Of a stretch of DNA of 47,716 nucleotides, positions 1-8,000 are shown in pieces. The notes under the pieces were generated by a model. That model was not told the DNA's origin. It made no database searches and worked only from the letters and a program-made list of their open reading frames with translations. Position 1 is the first letter of the stretch. Each line of letters begins with the position of its first letter. Position numbers and translations under genes: made by a program. The stretch is from Candidatus Lloydbacteria bacterium CG22_combo_CG10-13_8_21_14_all_47_15 (lineage in GTDB: Bacteria; Patescibacteriota; Minisyncoccia; Phycocordibacterales; 21-14-all-47-15): contig PCTL01000033.1 in assembly GCA_002771515.1 (NCBI GenBank), forward strand, positions 1-47,716, read 5' to 3'.

Positions 1-2
1 CA

Positions 3-413
3 GCGAAACCTTGTCCACCGGCAGAAATTGTCGGGTATAGCATTTCGCAGAGCGTGCAGGTGACTGTGCGCGACCTTGAAAAGGCGGGCGTGCTTCTCTC
101 CGGCGTCGTTGAAAACGGAGCCAACACCGTATCGGGCATTTCGTTTGAGATTGACGATGAAACCGAGTTCAAAAACGAAGCCCGCGAAAAAGCATTTGCT
201 GATGCCAAAGAAAAAGCCCGAGCTATCGCGGATGCTGCAGGATTCCGCATCGGGAAAATCATATCAATCAATGAAAACTTCTTCACGCCACAAATATATG
301 GTGGGCGCGCTGTCTCCTTTGAGATAGCTGATGCTGCGGTTCCGGCACCGTCTATTGAGCCCGGAAGCCAAGAAGTGAAGATTACGGTAAATGTGCAGTA
401 CGAAATTAAATAA
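3..413 (+). CDS. SIMPL (DUF541) domain protein, 5' partial
   Basis: Frame is open from the window start. Motifs VTVRDL..G.N.VSGISF, REKAFADAKEKARAIA..G..IGKI.SI.E and EPG.QEV...V.V.YEI are typical of SIMPL. Confidence 0.9.
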   Translation, partial: AKPCPPAEIVGYSISQSVQVTVRDLEKAGVLLSGVVENGANTVSGISFEIDDETEFKNEAREKAFADAKEKARAIADAAGFRIGKIISINENFFTPQIYGGRAVSFEIADAAVPAPSIEPGSQEVKITVNVQYEIK

Positions 414-424
414 CTCTGTCACTC

Positions 425-478
425 TGCCATCTGTGCAAGAATGCCCCGCGATAGCGGGGTATTCTTGCACAGATGGCA
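425..478. repeat. Long inverted repeat, 25-bp stem with GATA loop
   Basis: tgccatctgtgcaagaatgccccgc-gata-gcggggtattcttgcacagatggca, with a single G-U wobble on the + strand. Confidence 0.9.
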
Positions 479-531
479 ATAATCACATACAGTACCGATA
501 GAATATCCAAGCTAGAGTAAGGGACGGCACA

Positions 532-993
532 ATGACAAAAAAAGAGCGGAAACGGCACGGCTCCGAGCGGGAATATACATTTATCAGTGCACTCAACGAG
601 CAACGCGCGTCATACGCATGGTTTGTGGCAGACGCGTATAAACCACCGCGGATACTGGACAATAAGGGTATTGATATTACTATCCCTATTCAAACCGCGC
701 GCAAAAGTGTTGACAATTACCTGCAGATAAAAAGCCCGTCAGACGGCGTGAAAAATTTTATTATAAAACACGGCGCGCGTTTCAGAAATTTGTATATTCT
801 TGATTCGGTGCATGATGGCATTCGTCTCGTTCCACGGAAAGACCGAGACGGAGAACAACCGCACAAACAAGAATTTCCGTACATTATCATTGTTATTGTT
901 GCCGAGAGAAATAATCAACAAATGACACACCGCAAGGCAAATATCGTCTTGAAATGGATTGACAGAAAGGTGGCGCAAAAAAAAGCGCATTAA
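532..993 (+). CDS. Hypothetical protein, possible PD-(D/E)XK (D..GID..QxK) nuclease-fold
   Basis: 153-aa ORF with LDNKGIDITIP...YLQIKS, followed by a terminator. Confidence 0.65.
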   Translation: MTKKERKRHGSEREYTFISALNEQRASYAWFVADAYKPPRILDNKGIDITIPIQTARKSVDNYLQIKSPSDGVKNFIIKHGARFRNLYILDSVHDGIRLVPRKDRDGEQPHKQEFPYIIIVIVAERNNQQMTHRKANIVLKWIDRKVAQKKAH

Positions 994-997
994 AGGA

Positions 998-1033
998 AAG
1001 GGGTTATCAATGGTATAATTGATAACCCCTTTT
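998..1033. terminator. Bidirectional intrinsic terminator
   Basis: aaaggggttatcaat-ggtata-attgataaccccttt between convergent genes. Confidence 0.8.
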
Positions 1034-1365
1034 TATGTACCGTCTGAAAAAATCCTTTGGTATTCGCCCTCATATAGTGTCTGCATCTCACGATACAGGT
1101 GATTTATCTCTTTTTCAAAATCTCCTATATTGAGCAATCCAACATGAAGATATCCTTCAAGTTTTTCGCGTTCGGCACGGAGCAAATCATAAATTGAACT
1201 CAATACAAACTCATGGTCTCGTTCGTGCACACTTGTTCTATCACCCAATACTTCAAAACAACGACGGCATATGTAATAAACATGCCATGACACTGCAGTC
1301 ATAATACGCGCTTGTCTGTCGCAATAGAGACACCGTCCCACATGCATCACCTCCTTTGGCGTCAT
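1033..1365 (-). CDS. Hypothetical protein with CxxC...CxxC Zn-ribbon-like motif
   Basis: CLYC and CRRC motifs. Start uncertain: ATG 1365, or GTG 1341 after AGGAGGTGA. Confidence 0.6.
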   Translation of the reverse strand: MTPKEVMHVGRCLYCDRQARIMTAVSWHVYYICRRCFEVLGDRTSVHERDHEFVLSSIYDLLRAEREKLEGYLHVGLLNIGDFEKEINHLYREMQTLYEGEYQRIFSDGT

Positions 1366-1447
1366 ATGATATACTTGACAATGTAGCAACAAACCATTTG
1401 ACTCTGATAACTGTGCGCTACCAAGCCGTACATCACATATTTATACT

Positions 1448-2047
1448 ATGATACATCGCTCATTCTGGCTTATTCTTGCACTTTCTATATCTTTCGGCAC
1501 GGCACTCGTTGAATATCTCACTGCCGGGCGTTTGTTTGTGGTCATACCATATGCGGTAATTATACCACTCATCGTTCTTATGCCGCGCTTTCTTTACTAT
1601 TATTATGCACTCCCACGCGGACGCGGCTCCACCAGACTTTTAATCAACATAGAACGGGCGCTTTTTATAATTGTCGGCTTAAACGCGCCGGCAAGTTTAC
1701 TTTTGCATAATCTCGGCTTCCAGTATGACCGCTTCCTTCATTTTACAATGGGTATAGCGTATTTTTACGCGTTCATTTTGCTTATTTCCATTTTCTTTAA
1801 AAACCCGGGTATGCTGATGCATGGTATTCCGTTCGTCACGCTTATTATCGCCGGCATTGCGATGACATTTCTCTGGGAAGGCGGACAATATACGCTTGAC
1901 CGAATATTCGGCATCAGCCTTTTTTCCGACCGCGCACAAGATATCACGCGCGATTTCTGGGAAGATGTTTTTTTCGGCATTGCGGGAGGAATTATTTCAC
2001 TTGCATATCTCAAGAATAGATTGATGCGTATTGTCATGGATATATAA
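1448..2047 (+). CDS. Integral membrane protein (DUF2238/VanZ-like)
   Basis: Several hydrophobic helices with YDRFLHF, FLWEGGQY and WEDVFFG motifs. Confidence 0.7.
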   Translation: MIHRSFWLILALSISFGTALVEYLTAGRLFVVIPYAVIIPLIVLMPRFLYYYYALPRGRGSTRLLINIERALFIIVGLNAPASLLLHNLGFQYDRFLHFTMGIAYFYAFILLISIFFKNPGMLMHGIPFVTLIIAGIAMTFLWEGGQYTLDRIFGISLFSDRAQDITRDFWEDVFFGIAGGIISLAYLKNRLMRIVMDI

Positions 2048-2099
2048 GACGAACAGCGCTCAATCCGGACACTGATATCTAATTTGTACATCTAACCGC

Positions 2100-2624
2100 T
2101 CATTGCCCGAAAAATCCTGGTGGAACAAACCGCATGCCGCTTCGCACACATATGTTTCTAAAAGCGGATTCGCTTAAAAATTCCCATTTCAAATGGCCCC
2201 ACGGCAAATGCTTTTCTTTTGCACCCCGAATAAAGACGAAGTAAGCTATCGGTTTGAGTTCGGCCGAATATCCCCATGAGCCGGACTCTTTTAGAAAAAA
2301 GTGATAGCGTCCATGTGTTTCTTCCATATTCCGCGCTACGACATCGCCGAGTGTGATGTCAGAACGCGCCGGCTCATGCGTGTGCATACTCAACATAAAG
2401 AGTTCATACATAACCGGCGTATCGGATGCCTGCGGCGGCAGACAGTTATGAGCTACGATTAGCGTACCGTTCGGTAGCGTATCCCAACCGAGCCCGTATT
2501 TCAAAATAAAAATGTTCCAACGAAGGATCTCTTTCGCGTAACCCGTTTCCGTAAACGCACTTTTGGGAAACATAATCACAAAGAGCGCGAACATACAGGC
2601 AATAGATGCATGCTTGAGTTTCAT
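2100..2624 (-). CDS. Secreted hypothetical protein (paralog of 2721..3284)
   Basis: N-terminal signal peptide, SD AAGGAGGTGA, shared WD..P...C..P..S..P..Y.L..L..H motif. Confidence 0.8.
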   Translation of the reverse strand: MKLKHASIACMFALFVIMFPKSAFTETGYAKEILRWNIFILKYGLGWDTLPNGTLIVAHNCLPPQASDTPVMYELFMLSMHTHEPARSDITLGDVVARNMEETHGRYHFFLKESGSWGYSAELKPIAYFVFIRGAKEKHLPWGHLKWEFLSESAFRNICVRSGMRFVPPGFFGQ

Positions 2625-2675
2625 GGCTATTCACCTCCTTTTCACCGGACTGCCAAGGGTCCGCGCCATTTTTGT

Positions 2676-2716
2676 AAAAACCCGTCCGGAAGATACTTTT
2701 TCTTGCGGACGGGTTT
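2676..2716 (-). terminator. Intrinsic terminator after 2721..3284
   Basis: aaacccgtccg...cggacgggttt hairpin followed by a T-run on the - strand. Confidence 0.7.
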
Positions 2717-2720
2717 ATTT

Positions 2721-3284
2721 TTATTCTAGCTTGTACATTGGGCAAAGCTGTCTAATATCACTTAAATCAATGGTCCAGTAGACATGATTTGCCAAAGGTC
2801 TCATAGTCTGATTCTTACCAAGGATAAGCGCGCCAAGTTTACCAGGCACAGCTTTTCGATGAATGCTGTATCCATGCGTTTGCACATCTTCCTTTGTGTA
2901 GTATTCAATGACAGCATCTTTACCCATACCGTGGATATTGTAAGCGGTATCGGATGTTTTTATCGTATACCCGAGCCACACAAAAGTATTCTTATTCATA
3001 ATGTGCTCCGGCTTAAGTCCAGGCGCATCGTCATTTTTTATGTGAAATTCAAGAATCAAGAGGTCGTAGCCTGGTTCATTTGACTTATCCGGTGAACGGC
3101 ATTTGACACCGACGGCAACCAAAGAAGATGGGTCAACATCCCAATTACCGTCTTGATTGGCTTGCTCAAATCGGTTTTTCGCATGTTCTTCGTTTACAAT
3201 TTCCTCCGCGTATATGGTGGCAGAGAGAAACATTGTCAGAACGCTTACCATAATGGTACATGCGACAGAGCGAATATGCTTCAT
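2721..3284 (-). CDS. Secreted hypothetical protein (paralog of 2100..2624)
   Basis: Signal peptide ending IYA-EE, SD AAGGAGG. Confidence 0.8.
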   Translation of the reverse strand: MKHIRSVACTIMVSVLTMFLSATIYAEEIVNEEHAKNRFEQANQDGNWDVDPSSLVAVGVKCRSPDKSNEPGYDLLILEFHIKNDDAPGLKPEHIMNKNTFVWLGYTIKTSDTAYNIHGMGKDAVIEYYTKEDVQTHGYSIHRKAVPGKLGALILGKNQTMRPLANHVYWTIDLSDIRQLCPMYKLE

Positions 3285-3339
3285 AACTGCCTCCTTTCTA
3301 TGTTAAGGCATCAGTATTGCTGTAGATTTTTAATTTTCA

Positions 3340-3458
3340 AAAAACAAAACGGCTCGAACGCGCCGACAACAAAAACCCCTGCCAGGGATAGAGTCGTCAC
3401 CACATTCGAGCTGTTTTCTTGAATGCTCATCATGAATGGCTAGCCCTTTCCTTTCTAC
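3340..3458 (-). ncRNA. Candidate cis-regulatory structured leader RNA, copy 1
   Basis: Box A at 3441-3458, box B at 3381-3396, long stem 3346-3370/3393-3417 with G-U pairs favouring the - strand, then a U-tract. Confidence 0.65.
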
Positions 3459-3568
3459 AGACTGAAAAGAAAATAGCACCGTCCTATATATGAACTCCTT
3501 ATCTTTTTATAAACAATTGAAGAATAATGCGCAAGCAGATATAAACACATACCGTATACCACAGAGAA

Positions 3569-3600
3569 ACGCCCGAAATGTCAACCGACATTTCGGGCGT
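3569..3600 (-). terminator. Intrinsic terminator after 3634..4080
   Basis: 14-bp perfect stem acgcccgaaatgtc-aacc-gacatttcgggcgt. Confidence 0.75.
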
Positions 3601-3633
3601 CAAAAATTGATCTTACAATTGCGTTGCCATACC

Positions 3634-4080
3634 TCAAGGTAATGTTCCATGCGCGCCTATATTTTTCATATAAACTACATCAAGTTGTTCGGAGATTTGG
3701 GGCTGGCGAACACCTTTGTCAACCATCTCGCTCGTCAGGCATCCGTATTCATGACTATCTCCGCGATACGCGGCATTGAGAATAAGCCGCTTCAATTCCG
3801 CGCTATCTCTGATAGGTATATCGGAGAGACGGACCGGTGTCAGACGCTTCACACGCTCTAAATCCACTGCCTCATGCCAGCCGTAATCAAACGCCCCGTT
3901 TCCAATGCGTTCTCCTACAATAGAATTAAATTCGCTGTTCGCTATTTCAAGCTGTGGCGCTAGATACTCCATACAAACATGTTCTTTTCCGGCAGATTCT
4001 TTTCCGGCAGAGTATCCGCTAGCCGCGACAAGAAATGTCACCACCAAAGAAATCAGCGCGATACCTACTTTGTTAAACAT
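3634..4080 (-). CDS. Secreted hypothetical protein
   Basis: Signal peptide, SD AAAGGGGTG, internal 15-bp tandem repeat at 3982-4011 (SAGKE x2). Confidence 0.75.
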   Translation of the reverse strand: MFNKVGIALISLVVTFLVAASGYSAGKESAGKEHVCMEYLAPQLEIANSEFNSIVGERIGNGAFDYGWHEAVDLERVKRLTPVRLSDIPIRDSAELKRLILNAAYRGDSHEYGCLTSEMVDKGVRQPQISEQLDVVYMKNIGAHGTLP

Positions 4081-4120
4081 TTCTCATCACCCCTTTCAAG
4101 ATACTATGAATAAGGTTATC

Positions 4121-4241
4121 AAGAAAACAAAAACACTCGGATAAATTGTTAACATGCAAAGCCACCCCGCTAGGGATAGAGTCGACAATTTATCCGAGTA
4201 TTCTTTCGTAAACTGGATAAACTTAGCCCTTTCCTTCCTAC
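4121..4241 (-). ncRNA. Candidate cis-regulatory structured leader RNA, copy 2
   Basis: Box A at 4224-4241 (17/18 identical to copy 1), box B at 4169-4184 (15/16), stem 4135-4153/4181-4199 with compensatory changes, then a U-tract. Confidence 0.65.
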
Positions 4242-4326
4242 GAGCTGTTACCCTCCACACCGAGCCCGAGCGAACAAGAGCTTCTCATTCCAGCTAAATA
4301 GAGGAATACAAGCTTTTAAATACTCC

Positions 4327-4358
4327 TGTGGACAAACCTGTGGATTTCTTGTGGAAAT
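4327..4358. promoter_or_regulatory. Three phased DnaA-box-like direct repeats
   Basis: TGTGGACAA (4327), TGTGGATTT (4339), TGTGGAAAT (4350), spaced 12 and 11 bp. Confidence 0.45.
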
Positions 4359-4373
4359 CTACCTTCTTTTTAT

Positions 4374-4402
4374 ATTATATACTATATAATAACTTATGTC
4401 AA
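4374..4402 (-). promoter_or_regulatory. Consensus sigma-70 promoter driving the leader and 3634..4080
   Basis: TTGACA (4402-4397), 17 bp, TATAAT (4379-4374). Confidence 0.85.
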
Positions 4403-4475
4403 GTGCTTAAAACATAATACCGTGATACTATCCTCATCAACCAATTTGATATTTCACAAATAAAAGGAGAAACAG

Positions 4476-4997
4476 ATGCTAAAGAAAATATATTTTGCTC
4501 ACCCCATTAATACATACGAGACTCCGTTTGAGGGCATTGCTCTTGAAGTTATAAAGCGCAGATTCCCGAACCACGATATCATATGCCCAAACACACCGGC
4601 ACACGCTGCGGAATATACCGCACACGGCATGTCATATTTTACAGAAAGACTCGTTCCACAATGTTCAGTCACGATTGGGATGCCATATCCGGACGGCAAA
4701 TTCGGTGCTGGTGTCGCATCTGAAATACGCAAAGCATTTGAACTCAAGCAGGATGTATATGTATTGATGATATGCCAATCTTTTTCCGATCTATCGGTAT
4801 CCCTTCGATATATTCCACAAACACTGGCGCAACTGTTTTTAGAACACACGCAAGATGTACTTGACCGATACACTACCCGCGGCAGAACATGGGTTTCTCC
4901 CGAGGAGTATGGCAAGACGCCACTTCACTTTTTAAAATCGCATATTGTCCATATAAATCCGGAAGATTGGAAACACTGCGAAATGCCGCAAAAGTAA
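4476..4997 (+). CDS. Nucleoside 2-deoxyribosyltransferase-like (NDT-fold) protein
   Basis: KIYFAHP first strand and DGKFGAGVASE..KA with the catalytic-type Glu; SD AAGGAG; extended -10 TGaTACTAT at 4423-4431. Confidence 0.65.
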   Translation: MLKKIYFAHPINTYETPFEGIALEVIKRRFPNHDIICPNTPAHAAEYTAHGMSYFTERLVPQCSVTIGMPYPDGKFGAGVASEIRKAFELKQDVYVLMICQSFSDLSVSLRYIPQTLAQLFLEHTQDVLDRYTTRGRTWVSPEEYGKTPLHFLKSHIVHINPEDWKHCEMPQK

Positions 4998-5013
4998 GCA
5001 AGAAAATTAAAAG

Positions 5014-5048
5014 AACGCCCATTCCGATATAACATCGGAATGGGCGTT
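5014..5048. terminator. Bidirectional terminator
   Basis: 15-bp perfect stem aacgcccattccgat/atcggaatgggcgtt between convergent genes. Confidence 0.75.
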
Positions 5049-5053
5049 ATGTT

Positions 5054-8000
5054 TTATAACGGATTGGGCAGAAATTTTTCCCAATCAATATTCGCACCCG
5101 GCTTTTCTACAAGCTCTTTGACCTGTCTGTAACAGAATACCCTGCGAATAACAGGGCCACTGGCAAATCCGTCTGCCGGCAACCCTACAATGGAATTCCC
5201 CGTATTATTCGGTGGAAACCCAAGCTCGCCAAACAAGTCCGTCGTTGTGCTTGAAGCCGTCATATGGTAGATAGTGCGCGCGGTTGAGGCGCTTGCGTGA
5301 AAATGCTTGTCGCCAAATGTCTTAAACACGGCTTCCACGCCATCAAATATCCGCGAATAATTCCCCCGCTTCTTATAATCATTATTGATAACTTTTAAGA
5401 GCGGATCGTTCCAGTTCACACCGTGCGCATCGGGAGTACTGCGAAAGTCAATCCCAAATTGGCACCCGCCCGGGGTTTCAATAATGCCCCACGCGATAAA
5501 CTGGTTACTGTACAGCGGCGCTTTGATGTATTTTTTGAGCACCTCTTCTTTGTCGCGCCATTTCGGCAATGCCCGCAAACGCTCACGAATACTTCTGGCA
5601 TATAATACGCCTTCAGTCATTTCCTTGTTCACGGTTTTCGCGAAGTGATTTCCGGTTCCTATCATACAGGCACCAATATCGCGCCCATCAAAAGGAACGC
5701 CAGCGAGCTCACTTATCCCGCGAAACCGAAGTCCCGATTGTAATGCCCGTGAAATAAGGCAATTATAAAAATCAAGGTTCGGCTCAATGTGGCGCGCAAA
5801 CACCTCTTCAACTTGGTCTTGGGTCCAGTCAACGCCACGCAGAAGAAACTGCCGGAGTATAAAATCACGCGTATCGGAAAAACATTTTGCGCGCTTCTCT
5901 GGCGTATCTGCGTTTAACATATCTTTCTTCGCATCGGAAAGATATTGTTCAATAAACGCGTATGGTACCTGTTGCGGATGCGGCTGCTGCTGGACTTGGA
6001 AGTGATTGCCCTGAACGCCGTCATCATTTGTCGTAGCACAATGGATAGGAAACGCGGCTGGAGTGCACATGCCGGCTCGCCGAAGAAGCGCAATAGTCGC
6101 TTCGCCAACACCGCCATACGACTCCTGCTCTGGAATCCAAATATGTTCGCGGTTCCGCGATCCATAATGCCTGTCGGTATCAAAGTAAAAATAAATATAC
6201 TTTGATTTTCCATACCCACCGGGAATTGTTTGAAGCTGTGCCCCCTCTTTATGAGGAATATTCGCATGGGTGAGCAGGGTCTTTATAGAAAGATCATCCG
6301 TATTCACCATGCCGGAACAACAAGTAAGCCGCACAACACCCGGACAAAATTGCTCATTTGAAACAAGGCGTGAAAGTTGATGCGCCTTACGGACAGTATT
6401 CGTAATACGCGCGCGAACATATTCATCGTTAATAAGAACCGGAGCAATAATAATTCGCGCGTCACGACCGCGTTTCCCCATTGAATCGCGTTCTCTGTTT
6501 GTAGAACGGTAGCCTAGGGAAAATGGATGGCAGATGACAGTCGCATCGGCAAGCTCTCGCCTCAATACTTTCGGCGTATGCCCGGATACTTCATCGTCCA
6601 AAAGGCTTCCGGTAACGCGGTCATGGCTCGGGATTTTCACCTCAAGAGTCGCAGAGCCGATTTTAAAGCACGCGCTTCCCATACCAATAACAACAGCATT
6701 CGGAATTGTTGCTTCAATCTGCTTTACAATATATACGAGAGCCTGCTGAAATCGCTCTCGCCGTTGGTATCGCACATTTGAAATCACTGTCCGCGAACGG
6801 CGAGCTTGCAATATTTCCGCCTGCGTTATATTGCCGGCTTTTTTTGCCACACGGATTTCCGAATCAAGCTTCAACCGCAACAGCTCTGTCCGATATAACA
6901 TTTCCCATCTGGCAATCGCGGCGGCAAGCGCCTCTTCCTGCCACCCTAAAAGCACATAGACAGGGCCCGGATACTCTGGAGAACCATCGGGCTGTACGCA
7001 CACCTTGCGAAGACCCTGTAATAGGTTCTTAAAAGCCTCTTCCGTCCGCTCATAGAGCAAATCGTCAGATTTTCCTTCAAGAATCGCCTGAGCTTCCTCC
7101 TGATATGCTTCATCAAGCAAATCCACATTGGGGTTATATCCCGCAACAAGTGCCCGCAAAACATTCAACGGACCACCTGCATCTTTTTTAGCAATATCAA
7201 GATGGAACATATTGGAAAGAATCACCGCAGCGTCTCCACGCCGTCTTGCGTCTACAAGCGAAAGCCGAGCAGGATTTTCTTCAATATTTCTGCTGTGTAC
7301 CGCGCCGATATGAAATGCGTTCGGCAAAGAAACGCTCCAGTTGTCCGCATCAGATACCGGAATGGAAAATGGCGACGCAAATGAATGCTCCGGGAAAGAA
7401 AAAAGACGAACCTCTTTGCTTTTCAGGTCAAAGAGTTCTTTGAAGCGATTAAAGCCACTAATGTGTCCGATTGCCCTTGGCGACGAAGTGGTCGCGCCGG
7501 TCATCCACCGCCATTTTTCTTTCGCGAGCGAGAGCGGCATTATGTCATGGTACTTATACCACTCATCAAAAGTCATATCACCGCGGATCGCCTCTTTCAT
7601 TGAGCTTTCGCGGTCTTTGGTCCAAAAAAGCGCTTCAAGCTCCGCTTTTATGTCTTTTATTGTCAGTCGATGTGACTTTTCTTTCAGAGCTTCCGCGAAC
7701 TCCTGTTTCAGCTCTTTAGCAATAGCATCAATGCCGCGCTTGGCAATTACACCGCTTTTAAAACATTCGGTTAACCGTTTGGAAAGCCCGGGTACATCGT
7801 TCCAGACATCTCTTTGTTGTAAGAACAATTTTTTTCGTCCAGTAAGAAATAGTGTCCGTCCCGCATTAATAAGATCGTTCGCGGTAATCACTCTTTTTTT
7901 CGCACCGGCATCTATTAAATCCTGAGCGATTTTTTCAAGCGACGGCTCCGTCTTCCATTTACTCTTGAGCAATTTCTGTACTTCGAAAGATTCGTCGGCA

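Noticed and set aside
3308-4260. Leader peptide explanation for the duplicated element: both copies can read TLSLAG and RKERA with synonymous-looking differences
   Set aside because: The two blocks are in frame in copy 2 (42 nt apart) but not in copy 1 (47 nt, with intervening stops), and the flanking peptides do not align. Compensatory pairing fits an RNA better. Not fully excluded without Ribo-seq.
4320-4400. oriC (DnaA-like boxes plus an AT-rich tract)
   Set aside because: There are only three degenerate boxes and no dnaA or dnaN nearby. The AT-rich tract is explained by the promoter.
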